A DNA stretch of 64,000 nt. Source: Amoebophrya sp. A120. Its lineage: Eukaryota > Protista > Dinoflagellata. The stretch covers positions 8,810,449 to 8,874,448 of the forward strand of contig CAJINV010000005.1 in assembly GCA_905178155.1 (NCBI GenBank), in the 5' to 3' direction. The notes beneath the pieces were generated by a model. The model made no database searches and had not been told where the DNA came from. It saw only the letters and a list, made by a program, of their open reading frames with translations. Positions 37,098-50,393 of the stretch are shown here, in pieces. Numbering within the stretch: position 1 is the first letter of the stretch; the number at the start of each line of letters is the position of its first letter. A program made the position numbers and the translations under genes.

Positions 37098-40000
37098 CTA
37101 GCAGCAGGCACAGCAGCCCCTCTTGCTTTTCTCTTCGGTGCGGCGTTTTTTCTTCTCCGATTCGGTCTCCGTGTCGATAATGGAGTCCTATGCATTGCAA
37201 ACATGTCTGAGTCTGGAATAAATGTTGAACCTGTATTGCGTGTTTCGCATTTGCATTCCTGAATAAAGAACTGTATTGCATAAGCACTAGAAGCGCCATA
37301 CTTTCGTCATGTGCAAAGTTGCAGTTTGATGTACTGCGCACTACGCTTGAGAAAATGTTTTAATGTTCAGCATTACAGATTGAATCTTCCAGACCCAGGC
37401 ATATTAAATGCAATGCATAAATCCTTCAACTTTACAAAATCCTTGGTATTCAGCTGGTTGTCCAGGTCCCCCACGAATTGATGCTGGTCATTCTCCTGAA
37501 GCCGTTTCCTATCCCAGCAAACAACTGTTTCACTGTGCCTGTGGTGACTTTGCAAAATCTGCATAACAAGTCTGTTACTTACACCTGACACTGAAAATTT
37601 GTCATGCGCGCATTTCCCAGAGGGGAAAACACGGCTGAAACTCCAATGCTCTATGCAGGAGTAGCAAGAGACAAGTGGTTTTGCGTTCCATTTTCTGCAT
37701 CACAAGTTCACAGTGCAACTACAGTTTTTTCTTGCGATATTTCCGCCGCTCCTCTGCTTCCAGGTCTTCGCGTCGCTGGCGCTCCTGTTCGGCCAGCCGG
37801 TCCTTCTCCTGCTCCAGCAGGACCAAGGACTGCCTCGCCGCGTATCCTATGTAAAAACGTCCCCACCCTATAGTCAAGATGGGGAATCGGCTAGACAAGT
37901 CCACAAGTTTTGGCTGTTTTGCATGACAAATTTGGACTCGCAGTGTAGTACTGTTTGAGGTAGTTCAGCAGCATCACAGATCCAGTATGAGATGCTGATT
38001 GGCGCATTACAAATTCCAAAACACGACCAGAAAATGTTGCTCATGGGGCTCGTCCGCATGACAAACATTTTGAGCATGCAGATTTGCATGACAGGTCTGG
38101 ATTGGGGACGTTTTTACACAGGATACCGCGTTCTCGTTGATCACAAAGTGCATCATGCAGCCGTGGTGCATATCAAATGCAAAAATCCCTGGATGTCTGG
38201 AAGAAGGCAACTTGCAATGCGTATTTCAGAACACAGAAATAAAGTCTCTCATGCACACGTAGCAAAAGCTCCCACTTTTTGTCAGCAAAATAGGGGACTT
38301 GTCATGCGGATTCGGCATTGCGGAAGGTTCTCGAAACCTGTGATGCCAGAGCTTCCATGCCAGACCTTCTGTGTCATGCAAAAACAGTACGACTCTTCCA
38401 GACCCAGACATTTTTACATTTGATAGTGCATCGCAGTGAGCGAATCATCGTAGAAGGTCTGGTATCAAAAGTAAAAATGTCTGGGTCTGGAAGAATGCAA
38501 CTTGTGATGCTGAATTTGGATTCCAAAAAAAACTGTATTGCATGAGCAGCAAAGGGAATGCAATTTTTGCTACGCGGAGAGGGAATTTGTCATGCGGAAT
38601 AGGCATCAAGAAGCTCTCAAAAAATCTGTGACGCTAGGGCATGCATCACAGACATCAGGGCTCATGCAAAACGTGCATGACAAGTGTCAGAATCTTCCAG
38701 ACCCAGACATTTTTACATTTGATATCTGGCTGGACTTGTGATGCGCCGCTGCGCGGGAAGCGTTAAGGGAAAACCGGCTATCAGCCAGCGGTTTGATCAA
38801 CGTGTTAAAGTTCTGCTCGAATTCCATGCGGCTCCCCCGGTCGCTAGAGGGGTACCGCGACTCGAGCTTCAGTTGGTACTCGGTCGCCAGGGAATGCATG
38901 GCCTCCGTCATGGTCGCCTGCTGCGAAATCAAGTTCTCTTCCTCGATCCGGCTTGCCGGGGCGGAGTGGTAGCTCGAGGGCGTGGTGCCAAAAGAAGACG
39001 CGCTATTACAATGAAAAATGCCCCCTCCCCATATCAAAACGGAAATCTGTGATGCAGATTTGTGGTCACAAATCAGCTTTGTGATGCTAGAAGGCAAAAG
39101 ATGCGGACTGTAGTGCTGCCTAGCGTGAGAAAGCCTTGCAGCTCCAGGATGACAGGAGGCAGCTGGAAGTGGGAAACAGCATGACAGACTGCCTGCAATT
39201 TAGGCCGCAGCTTCGTCTCTTGGCCTTCTAGCAATACAAGTCGATTTGTGTACTCAAATACAGCATGATCACAAATTCGCGCATCTTCCGTTTCCGATAT
39301 GGGGTGGGGGCTTTTTTCACTTTGATACGCGCCCCCCGCTCTCGTCCCTGCGACACCACCAGGAGACGTCGTGTAGTCGCTCACTTCGGTTTCGTTATCG
39401 CCCAACGCCTATGCATTGCAAATATGTCTGGGTCTGGAAGAAGGCATGACCAGTCATGCTTGTCTGGCATGACTGTTAACTCTGTGATGCTTAGGCGCGA
39501 AAAGATCCTCTTGCCTGTCATGCAAAAATGGAGCCTGCCATGCAGAATAAGTACGCAACACACTGGGGGTCAAAAACTTGTCATGCTTGCTCTCTTACTG
39601 CAGTGCGCTCACTATTCACGGACTTGCATCACAAGCTTCCAGATCCAGACATATTTGCAATCCATAACGCACCGGTGTGCGTTGTGGCGGCGGAAGAAGA
39701 CACAGAATTCCTCCGCGTCGTGCCGGAATTCAGGATGCTGAAGCCGGAATTCGCTGCGGCAGAGGGTCTTCGGTTTTTGTCGTCAACTTCGTCGCCAAAA
39801 TCCGTGGCGTCACTCTGGCGGAAGGTGGAAATCGGCTCGCCCAGGGACTCTTTCTCGTACACCACCGCTGCTTTTTCGACAGAAACGAGTATGGCGCTCT
39901 CAACTGTCACACTCTCAACTGTGTGATGCAAGAATGGCAAAACTGAAAGGGGGAAGATTGCGCCTTTTGCATGACAGAATTGGCACAGATTCTTCTCCTG

Positions 40001-43000
40001 TTTGTCCCTTCGGGAATTTGTCATGCGAAGCAGCTTGGTCGCGTCGATTCTGATTGGAATTTTGCATGGCAAATCATGTGAAAATGTAACATTTGAGAGC
40101 GCCATAACGAGGGTCTTGAACATGGGGAACAGACGGATTTCGAGGTGAATTTTCTCGAAATGGTGGAACACCACCATGCCCATTTCCGCGGAGATTTTGA
40201 TCCACCGGTCTGGATGTTTGTGTAGTCCGAGTTTCCTGTATGCAAGAAAAAAACTGTGTAAGTCTGTGACGCAGGAAATGCTATAACTGTTACACTTCTC
40301 ATGCTAGAGGTGCGTCATAGGTTTAGGGGGCTTTTTTCATAGGTGTTTCCACGTACCAGCTGCACAAGCACGTGACAGGTTATTTTCCCTGTAAAAATGC
40401 AAAACGAATGTGTGAATGTGATGCTGATCTTCCTACAAAGTTACACTTACACAGTTTTATTTTTCCTGGATATCATGATGCCGTCTTTCAGTCTGTGATA
40501 CTTCGCCTCTTCGGCTGGATAAACCGGCGGTTTTTTCTGCAACAGGCTCAGCCGCTTCGCCTCTCGCACGATCCACTCTTGTTCGTCCAGGCGCCTTAGC
40601 CGGTCTTTCAACTTCTCCAAGAGGGCCTTGTCTTTAAGGACATTTTCTACCTCTTTGATGTATGCCCGGAGCTTTTCCGCGTCGGTGGTCAGGAGCATGT
40701 CCGCTGCGTTTTCACCCAGCTTCTCGATGAGCTCGATTTCTTATGAGAGTGCACAGGACCACCCCTCTGTACTCATTTGTCATGCACACTACCGAGTGGT
40801 CCACCTCTTGCATTCAAGGCAGCTGCGCATGACAAGTGTTGGACACCCAAACTACAGGAGGACTACACACCATGTCCGGCGGATTTGTCATGCAAAAGCT
40901 ACATTTGTGGCATTGCCTCTGTTGCTGCTCATGCAGTTGTACAAATGAGGGGGAGGGGGAGTTGTGCACTCTCATACTTCTTCTTCGAGTCGCTTTTTGA
41001 TCTTCTCTAGTTCGTCGATGTAGAACTGTTTGCGTTTTGCCGCTTATCAAATGCAAATATGTCTGGGTCTGGAAGCTTCTGAGACTTGTCACGCAGTTTT
41101 TCCAAGCTCCGCCAGGTCTGGAATGCAGGGCCTAGCATCACAGGTAGCGACGCGCCTTGGTAGTGCCTTTTCTGCATGAGAAATTATACCCTCTCAGCAT
41201 GGCCGGAAGTGGGTAGCTTTTGCAAGTCACGCAACACAGATTTTTGTATGATTCGCAACACGCATGACAAGCTCGCATCCTTCCCGACCCAGAGGACATA
41301 ATTGCACTTGATACCGCTTCCTCCTTGCTGATACCCACCAACTCGCCGAACTTCGCCCGTGCGTTTCGGATCATATGCACTGCAAAAGCATCGCACTCGT
41401 ATTGCGATCATGCATTACAAATCTTTTTCTTAAGGTAGATCAGCATTACAAATTTTGTTTCTCATGCTGACATACGAGTACGATACTTTTGCTCTGAATA
41501 GATCAGCTCCGCGAGCAAATCCCGCTCTGCTTTCATCACGTCCAGCAAGTTGATGCTAACGCCTCGGTTCTGAAAGTCGATTATCTTCTTATAGTAGTCC
41601 CGAAACTATCAAATGTAAAAATGTCTGGGTCTGGAAGATTGCCAGGTTTGTCATGCACATTTTGCATGACTCCTGATGTCTGTGATGCATGCCGTAGCAT
41701 CACAGATTTTGTGCGGGCTTCCTGATGCCTATACCGCATGACAAATGCTCTTTCCGTGTAGCAAAACTTGGACTCTCTTTGCTGCTCATGCAATACAGAT
41801 TTTTTTAGAATGCACAACCAGCATGACAAGTTGCATTCTTCCAGACCCAGACATTTTTACATTTGATAGAAACTTGAAGTCTTTCGCCCGCATCTCATCG
41901 GCGGTCAGCTTGAACTCCGAGTATATTTTTGACTTGATCGGCTGCAGCGCCGCGAGAAAGGCCTTGTACTTCCTCTTGACCAAGCACATGCGCCACCAGG
42001 ACTGGATCCGGAGAATCTTCATGGCGTAATCCAACAACTGCTCCAGGATGAAAACGCCTTCGTTTCGAACAAACAATTTCGTCTTCCCGTACTGGAAGTT
42101 GGCCTCCAGAAATTCCTCTCCCTTTTTGTTGTTTTTGTTCGAACGTGTAAACGCGCAGGAATAGGTCGAAAACGGGTTTACTTTCGACCCGCCGATGAAA
42201 ATTTCGCGCAGCAGCTGCTTCACCACGGCTTGCACCGTCTCCGGAATCTTGGACCCGAGCATCTGCGCCGCTTCGGCTTGCGCGGCCGAGTGTCTCGCCT
42301 GCTCCAACGCGGTTTTTGGCTTCATCGCCGCGGCCTGTTTGTCGTTCGGAACAGCCGCCAGTGCTTGCTTTCGCGCCTGCCGCATCCACTTGTCCAGCTG
42401 CTTTCGCAGTTTCGAATACTTGCTGCACAGGATGGACTTGTACTTCGCGTAGAAGGCAACGTAGTCAAAGCGGTTGGGGTATCGAAATGAAAAATCCCCC
42501 CTCCCCATATCAAAATGGCAATCTGTGTTGCGGGATTTGTGTACACAAATCAGCGCTGTCTTGCAGTAGAGGACTGCAGGCAGATCAAGAGCCTGGAAGG
42601 GTCTGGCTAGAGGTGGGCGCTCAGCATGGCAGACGTCTGCCCCGTTGGCGCAGCAGCATTGCAAATCGTCTGCGTATTAAAGCGGCGCAAGCTCTGGCCT
42701 TGCTCTCTTGCAAGACAGACCTGATTTGTAACCACAAATCAGCATAACAAATTTTCAAAAGGATGCCTTCTCGATATGGTGAGGGAGAATTTTTCCTTAC
42801 GATATCGGGTACCCGAGTTGGCGAATCTTGATACACTCAATGTATCGCAAGAAAAAACTGTTTCACTGTGAACTTGTGATGCAGAAAATGCATCACTGAA
42901 GTGTTTGTCTTGCTACACATGCAAGACAAGTGATTTTTAGCGGTGTTTTCCCTTGGGATCCTTGCATGGCAAGGTTTCTTTGTAATGTGTAGCGAACTTG

Positions 43001-46000
43001 TAATGCAAAACTTGCAACATACTTACAGTGAAACAGTTTTTTCTTATGATACAATGACCCCGGTGTTCAATAATTGTTCGAAGACCAGCCGCGAGTTGAA
43101 CAGATTCGGCTTCTTCAAATCATTGGGCTTGATGCACCGGATGAAGTGCGGGTTGTGCTTGCATATCTTTGTGTTCAGCAGGTGCTGTAACTCCTCGACG
43201 AACTTCTTCGCGACCGGCTTTAACACGATTTTGCGTGCAGCCTTGTTGGACAAATCCGCAGAGTTGTTGTCTCCTGTGCCCGTCGTGCGGTCCTGTTCCG
43301 TCTTTGCGTACAAAGCTGGACACAGCTTTTTTTTCAACAAATCCAGCCCCGTATCAAATGTAAAAATGTCTGGGTCTGGAAACTTGTGATGCTGGGTGGC
43401 GTATCATGAGGAAGCCATAAGTGCTGGCTCAACATGACAAGTTTCTGAGCTTCTAGGTGTTGCCTATTCTGCATGACAAACTGCGTTTTTGCATGACAGG
43501 AAATTGGGGCTCTTGGGTAACCTGCATGACAGGTTTAAGAGTCATGCCAGAGAAGCATGACAAATCGCGCATTCTTCCAGACCCAGACATTTTTACACTT
43601 GATACCCCGATTGCTCAACCAACAGCGCGGCCTCCTTCGGGTATGTATCCACATTCTTTTCCATCCAGCCCGTCGCATCATACGTGATGACCCCGGCGTA
43701 ATGGAGGATCGAAAACCGGAATTGCTTCGCCCCAAACCGGTCCTTCAAATATTTCGGGTGCACTAAGCGGCTCATGTTTTTTCCCTCCGCAAAATAATCC
43801 CCCATCACATTGACGTAGTGTGCGGTCGCCGGTCTCGGGACTAACGTCTCCTCGTTTAGAAAGCCCAGAACGGAGTACTGCGGCGCCCAAAGGAGTTGCA
43901 GGACGTCCGCGTTGTCGATCTTTTTCCACGACTGCGTCATTTCCTCGGTGGCTTTTATTCCCTGTTGCCTGTAGTCATCCAGTTCCAGTTTGAAAATGAT
44001 GAAACTGATATCAAATGCAAATATCCCTGGAAGTCTGGAAGGATGCAAGGTTTGTCGTGCACATTTTGCATGACTCCTGATCGATCTGTGACGCATGCCC
44101 TAGCATCACAGATTTTGTGTGGGATTCCTGATGCCTATACCGTATGAGAAATGTTGCCCTCTCGCCGTGGCAAAAACTGGATGTCTTTTGGTTTTGCTGT
44201 TCATGCAATACAGATTTTTGCAGAATGCAGATGCAGCATCACAAGTTGCATTCTTCCAGAGGACCCAGACGTATTTGCATTTGATAACTGAAATGCTGCT
44301 GCAGCGCCTCGTTGGACAGGTTGAAAAGCAACTGCTATTGTGAGGAAAAATTCCCCCTCCCCATATTGGAAGCGCATCTCTCTAAAGATCTGTCATGCAG
44401 ATTTGTGGCCACAAATCCTGTCTGTCTTGCGAGAAAGCACATTGAGAGAGTCCAACGCAGTATTGAGGCGGTTTGTGATGCTGTTGGGCCTACACCGTCG
44501 ACATTTTTTATGCCGGGGGCCGACGCCAAAACCTCTCGGCTCAGGCTTGGCATATGCCTGCAGTGGTCCTCTACTGCAAGACAAATCTGATTTATTGTGT
44601 ACTGAAATCCAGCATCAGACACTTCGTTTCGATATGGGGAGGCAAGATTTTTCCTTTTGATAACTGCTCCAGCCCGTTTTGGTCAAAGGACTCAAACCCC
44701 GCAATATCCAGGATGCCGATCTTGTTTGATTTCGGATCACCTTTTACTGGAGAAGTTGTGCTATCACCATCCACCTGCATGTTGTCGCTCATTAACTGCA
44801 CCAGAAACCGAAACAGCTCCTTGTACCAAACCCGCACCAGCGCGTCCCGGCTTTGCCTCGCTTTTTCCGCGGTGAACGGTATGGTAGTCTCGTTATTCCG
44901 CACGTAGATCCTCCGGCTGGTCAAAGCTCTTTCGAACAACTCATTATTCGCCACGTTGAGCAGCTTCAACACCTCCTCGAAACAGCCGCGCTTCGACTTC
45001 ACCGACAGTTTACACCCCGACTGCTGGCTCGGGCTCGGCGGAGCCAAGGTGGTGGACTTTTTCTTCTTTTGCTGCCCAGCGTGGTCCGTCGTGCTGTTTC
45101 TATTTTCCTGCTCTAGCGAGACGAAGTTCACGTATCCAAGAAAAAAATTGTGATAGTGTAGGTGTCTTTGGGTGATAGCATGAGAAATTTGTTCTGCATA
45201 AATCCTGTCATGCACAGTTAGCAAGTGAAAACATGTATGAAAGAGGGCATTATGGGCGGCCAGCATGACAAGTCTAACTGTAGTATGGCATGCTTTGCAT
45301 TACAGACTTACACTTACACAGTTTTTTTCTTGCATATCACGTTGGACAATTGCAGTAAGGCGAAAGTGAAGTCGAATATTTCCTTTTGCAGCTTCTTCGA
45401 CACGTTCAGCTTCTCAAAAGCCTGTTTCAAAACCTGGTGTTCCTTCACGTCGTCGCGAAAACTCTGGCTCGCGTTGCTTGCTGCGTTGTTTTATCAAATG
45501 CAAAAATGTCTGGGTCTGGAAGATTCTGAGACTTGTCATGCACGGTTTGCATGAGCCATGATGTCCGTGATGCATACCCTAGCAATACAGAACTTTTGAG
45601 GGCTTCTTGATGCCTATTCCGCATGACAAATGCCTTCTCAGCGTAGCAAAAATTGCATTCCCTTTGCTACTCATGCAATACAGATTTTTTTGGAATCCAA
45701 ATGCAGCATCACAAGCTGCATTCTTCCAGACCCAGTAGACACTTTTGCAATCCATATGTTTTGAAAAGTCGCCTGCCTTGTCTGCAGCCCGATACCCTGT
45801 AAGATTTTGTTCGTGTTGCTATCCCGACTGCTGGCCGCGCTGCTTGCGGTCAGTAAATCAAACGAACTAACGTCCTCTCCCCGCACGCGGCACAGCTGTA
45901 TGGATTGCAAATGTGTCTGGGTCTGGAAAAGGAAAACAGTGAACTTGTCATGCGTGTTGGGGTTCAAACTAAAATCAGTGTTGCATGACTTGCAAAAGAT

Positions 46001-49000
46001 GTGGCCCACTTACTGCCCTTCTGCTCTGGGGGAGAAGAGTTTCTCATGCAGAATAACCATCACCAAGGCGCTCCAGAGGCCTTGTGATGCCAGGCCCCGC
46101 ATTCCCGACCTTGTGCAGCTTGGAGAAACTGCATGACAAATCTCGCTATCATCCAGACCCAGACATACTTGCACTTGATAAGCTCGTAAAAGACATGAAA
46201 CGACCGCTCGTTCGCCGGCGGGCCCTCGGAGCTTAATCTGGTTGTTTCGAGTAAATACTCCTGGATCGTCGCAGAATGCAACCGCTTCTCGAAAAACTGC
46301 GCGGCGCGGATGCTGTTGGAGCCCGCGATGATCGCCTGGTTGACAAAACTCAGCTCGATCCACTTGCCGAACCGCGAGCTGTTGTTGTTCCTCACCGTTT
46401 TGCAGTTTCCGAAAGCTTCCAAAATCGGGTTGGAAGATAAGATCTTTTCCTCAATATCAATACTGCTGTTTTGCAGCTCTATTTGGTCCGCCCGCGCTTT
46501 GCTGAACGAAGCGAACGGGGCCTGCTGGCTGGTTAAGGAGGATAAGGATGACTGCGACTTCAAAACCACGTCGCAGGACACGGTGGCAAAATATTTCAAC
46601 ACGAGTTTGGTGCATTCGGTTTTCCCCGCGCCAGATTCGCCGGAAATGAGGAGTGCTTGTATGGAAGCGTCAGGATCGAAATCGGCATCAAAGTCGAAAT
46701 AATCTGTCATGCAGAAAATGCGACACAAGAAGTGACTCTATTGCAGAGGACGCAAGGGAAGCAGATTGTAGTCCTGCTAAGGATCAAGAATTATTGGGCT
46801 GGTCACTAGCATGACAAAGGAGAGCTCTTTTGCCCTAAACCGCATGACAGATTCGCTTCCAGAACAAGGGATGAAATTTGTCATGCGCCGACTACAAATT
46901 GTGGGTCTAACTGGCATCGATTTTGTGCATCACAAATTTTTCGACTTTGTCGATTTCGATCCTGACACTCCCATAGCTTGGTTTTTGTTCGTATACAACC
47001 CCATGTACGCGTCGCGTGCGGACTTGTAGCAGTGCGGCAGTATCAAATGCAAATGTCTGGATCTGGAAGAGTCCGAACTTGTGATGCGTGTTTCGGATCC
47101 TACAAGAATCTGTGATGCATAAACGTGCAAAAGGTGCCCACTTCTGGCCATGCTGAGAGGGCATTTCTCATGCTGAATACGCATCACCAAGGAGCTGCAG
47201 AAGCTGTGATGCTAGGCCCTGCCCTCCAGACGTGGGAGAGCTTGGAAAAAGTGCATGACAAATCTCGGAGTCTCCCAGACCGAGACATTTTTGCACAGGA
47301 TAGGCAGCATCGGGAGTTTCTTGTTCTGCTTCGTGTTTGAAATTTCTGTGGCTCCGCCTTGCTGCTCGTTGTCTTTCGTACCTTCCAACGCCGTCGGCGG
47401 GTACTCACGCCAGATTACGTCTTCCCCGTACAAGCTACCGGAAGGAGCAGCGGATGTTGATTTCCTCTTTTCCAACTCCGATTTCCCCAGTTCATTGCTA
47501 TTCGCGTTCTCCAAGAGCATTGCTTTATACGGGTTCATGGAGATCAGCACATTGTCCCCCGCCTGTGTGTAAATCTTGTACATATCGCTTGTTTTCGGGG
47601 AGAAATTGAAGGAGTAAAATCTTGCCCGGACCGTTTCCAACACCGCTGCCTCACTTACCGTCGCTAGTTTGGAAACGTCCTTTACTTCGGCCAGTTGGTC
47701 CTCGAGTACAACAGGTTGGAGCTTTGCGACCTCTCGATCGGGAATGTCGACCAATTCCCTGCTACTGCCCGCATCTTTCAGCGCAGAAGATGAATCCTGG
47801 TCTACTACTGCACCCGTTTTATTGTTGTTTCCCGAAGCATATCAAATGCAAATATATCTGGGTGGTCTGGAAACTTGTCAGGCTGGTTGGCGAAGCAAGA
47901 GAACGCCAGAAATGACCACTCAGCATGACAGGTTTTTAAGTCGATAGGTGTTGCCTATTCTGCATGAGAAACTAGGTTTTTGAATGACACAAAAGTGGCG
48001 GCTTTGGGTACCTTGCATGACAGACTTGACAGTCATGCTAGCAGAGCATGACAAACCTGACATTTTTCCAGACCCAGACATATTTGCAATGCATAAAGCA
48101 CCAGCCACTTCCACCCCCAGCGCGACGAACTGCGTGAAGCCAGTTTTCGGACCTTCGTGAAGTGCGCCGACGGTCAACTGGTCCGTCGGGCTGGTTATCA
48201 TTTGCAAAAACGTCCCCGCCCCAGCGTTGTCATGCAAATCTGCATGCTGAAAATGTTTCTCATGCGGAGCCCAAAGAGAAGCATTGTCTAGTCGTGTTTT
48301 GGAATTTGTCATGCTCTAATCACAATCAGCACGATGCACTAGCTCTGCGATGCTGCTGAACTACCTCAAACAGTATATACAGTACGAGTTCAAATTTGTC
48401 ATGCGAAACAGCCAAAACTTGTGGATTTGTCTAGCCGATTCCCCATCTTGACTCTGGGGTGGGGACGTTTTTACTCAGAATACTGGTTAAGAAGTCATCG
48501 AACTGCGGCTCGTTGCTTTGCACGGACCCGGTGGAGGCTCTGTACCCCACCGTGTAGACCAGGTCTTTATGCGGGACCCACACGTATTTCCGGTTCTTCT
48601 TGATTGCCTTGTAGCCGGTTGAAATACCAAAACGATTCGTGCTCTGTGGCTGGTCTCCGTTAATGGATTTCCGTTTTTTTCTCGTGTCTGGCTTCGGCTT
48701 TGGATTATTGGTGTTTTCAGCTTCAGGACCAGGAGCTGCAGTAGAACCACCAGTGAGGACAACAACAGGAGTCTGCGCCCCCTGCTGCTGCTGCTGCTGT
48801 TGCTGCTGCTCTAGTACTCCCCGTGGCCGGCGGTTTTGCCTCGTGGGAATATTAGAAGTAGCAGCTTGGTTTGCATTTGCATTTGCATTTGCATTTGCAT
48901 TTGCAACTGCAGCAGCACTCCGTCTACTTCCTTCCTGCACCACAGGCTGGTTAGAAGTTCCTCCTGCCGCTTCACCTTCGGGTGCCTGCAGTGGGACAAA

Positions 49001-50393
49001 AGAAGTGCTGTAGTAGTTACTCATGTTGGTACTAGAGTCATTCCGCTTTCCTTTCTTCCCCTTGCCCTTGCCCCCACCTGATGTTGTTCCTTTGCTATTG
49101 TAGTCGATTCCAGCAGCTTTGTAGCCCTCAAATTTTTCGATTTTTTCCTGCACGGAAAGCAGGTGCTGATTCCCCGACACCCGGCTTCTCCTCACTTCTT
49201 CCACCATGTGGCTCCGCGGGTCGACAAAACCACCGCGATCTTGATGTTGCGCATTATACACGACGGCCCCGTAGTTCATCTTGCCGTCCGTGGAGACGCC
49301 CGAAGTGGCTCGGCTAGGAACCTGGCTCGTTCGCTTTGACTGGGTCCGACCGGCCTCTAGTTGCGCGAAGGAGGGATTTTTCTGGACGGAGGGTGTTGAG
49401 AATGGGACGAGTGATGCAGTTTCTTCTTCATCGATCATCTCTGGAACTGTGACCGGGTGCTCATCATCCTGAGACATTTGGTGTAAAAACAATGCTTCTG
49501 CCGGATTGCTGCTCCTCCTTTGCGCCCCGTTGGAGCTTGTTGAGTATCCTGTGTAAAAACGTGGTCCCAGACTTGTCATGCTAAGCAGAAATGCGACACA
49601 CTTTGCCCACCCTGTCCAAACGGCCCGAGACGACTTTTTGTCATGCAAAGCTGCAAGCCTAAAATGTTTCTCACGCGTAGAAGTAGCCCCAACACCATGA
49701 GGGCCATCTTCTCTATGCTGTCTGGCAGTTTGTTATGCTGTGCTGAAAAAACCAGTATAAGATGCTCGATCTGCGATGCGGTTTCACAAGGCTAATAAAC
49801 ATGATTTTTACACTACGAAACCGAGCTTATCATGCGCAAAAAGCGCATCTACAGACAAAACTTGCTAAATAAATTGTCCAGCCAATAAATTCCCCTCTTG
49901 ACTCTGGGGTCTTTCTACGTACTGGGGAGGACGTCATTTTATTCACACGGGATACAGCAATTGACCCACCCCCTCGATTCGACGCCTTTGACGTTTTTCG
50001 GCTGGGGTTAGTGGACTCAGCCGGGCTACTAGAAAGAGGCGAATACGCCAGCGATGTGGCTTTCGTTGCTCGGTGGCTGTAATCGTTTGTTGATACCCTA
50101 TCACCATTGTCGTACCCACTGGGATACCGCTGGGCGAGGAGTTGCAGCGCTAAAGATCCGTCCTCGTGGTCCTCTTCAAACTGCTGCACTGTGTTCGCGT
50201 GCTTCTGCAGGTAGTGCTGTTTCGCTTCCTTCTCGATCAAAATCTGCACAGCGAGGGGAATAGAAGAGTCGTCGTCGTCGTCTTCGTCTTTCATATTATG
50301 AGTGTACTTGTTCATGTGGACGAGGTTATCGCTGCTAGTACCGTTACTATGCTGCGGTGCCCCGATGCTAGATCGGGAGGTAGATCGTGGCAT
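37098..50393 (-). CDS. Unconventional myosin heavy chain, about 27 exons
   Basis: Spliced motifs: SH3-like YVWVPH, ISMNPYK, LPHCY, P-loop QALLISGESGAGKT, switch I NNNSSRFGK, ERSFHVFY, switch II DIAGFE, EQLLFNLSNEALQQHF, HYAGVITY, PHFIRCIKPN, GYPNRF, GKTKLF, IQ motif IQSWWRM. Ends SKRGCCACC*. The first exon (49898-50393) is inferred. Confidence 0.92.
37189..37419. mobile_element. Introner family A (diverged)
   Basis: TIR; TSD agtcc/aatcc. Confidence 0.85.
37510..37739. mobile_element. Introner family D
   Basis: TIR; TSD tttcc. Confidence 0.85.
37843..38125. mobile_element. Introner family F
   Basis: TIR TATCCTRTGTAAAAACGTCCCCA; TSD ccgcg. Confidence 0.9.
38171..38425. mobile_element. Introner family A
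   Basis: TIR; TSD gtgca. Confidence 0.9.
38463..38724. mobile_element. Introner family A
   Basis: TIR; TSD tctgg. Confidence 0.9.
39004..39327. mobile_element. Introner family E
   Basis: TIR TAT..TGAAAAA.GCCCCC.CCCCATATC; TSD cgcgc. Confidence 0.9.
39410..39666. mobile_element. Introner family A
   Basis: TIR; TSD acgcc/acgca. Confidence 0.9.
39890..40106. mobile_element. Introner family H
   Basis: TIR TATGGCGCTCTCAA; TSD acgag. Confidence 0.9.
40239..40472. mobile_element. Introner family D
   Basis: TIR; TSD tcctg/tcatg. Confidence 0.85.
40742..40976. mobile_element. Introner family C
   Basis: TIR; TSD tttct/cttct. Confidence 0.9.
41045..41313. mobile_element. Introner family A
   Basis: TIR; TSD ccgct. 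Confidence 0.9.
41374..41500. mobile_element. Introner family B (internally shortened)
   Basis: TIR; TSD gatca. Confidence 0.85.
41607..41868. mobile_element. Introner family A
   Basis: Perfect ~32-bp TIR; TSD gaaac. Confidence 0.95.
42480..42804. mobile_element. Introner family E
   Basis: TIR; TSD tgggg/tcggg. Confidence 0.85.
42843..43051. mobile_element. Introner family D
   Basis: TIR; TSD caatg. Confidence 0.9.
43352..43604. mobile_element. Introner family A
   Basis: TIR; TSD ccccg. Confidence 0.9.
44009..44286. mobile_element. Introner family A
   Basis: TIR; TSD actga. Confidence 0.9.
44336..44662. mobile_element. Introner family E
   Basis: TIR; TSD actgc. Confidence 0.9.
45133..45336. 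mobile_element. Introner family D
   Basis: TIR; TSD tcacg. Confidence 0.9.
45492..45756. mobile_element. Introner family A
   Basis: TIR; TSD tgttt. Confidence 0.9.
45899..46180. mobile_element. Introner family A
   Basis: TIR; TSD agctg/agctc. Confidence 0.9.
46660..46975. mobile_element. Introner family I
   Basis: TIR TATGG.AG.GTCAGGATCGAAATCG..AAAGTCGAAA; TSD gcttg; splits NQA|LLISGESGAGKT. Confidence 0.9.
47041..47302. mobile_element. Introner family A
   Basis: TIR; TSD ggcag. Confidence 0.9.
47840..48095. mobile_element. Introner family A
   Basis: TIR; TSD aagca. Confidence 0.9.
48196..48482. mobile_element. Introner family F
   Basis: TIR; TSD ctggt; opposite orientation to 37843-38125. 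Confidence 0.9.
48781..48906 (-). repeat. Coding microsatellites (CAG)n and (GCAAAT)n
   Basis: Encode poly-Q and ANANANANANAN in the myosin N-terminal extension. Confidence 0.9.
49545..49897. mobile_element. Degenerate F-like introner, right boundary uncertain (~49820 or 49897)
   Basis: Left end TATCCTGTGTAAAAACGT; flanks ttgag/ttgac would join TPES|TSSNG in frame. Confidence 0.55.

Noticed and set aside
37189-48482. Nucleosome-periodic spacing of insertions
   Set aside because: Exon lengths range from about 37 to 610 bp with no visible period.
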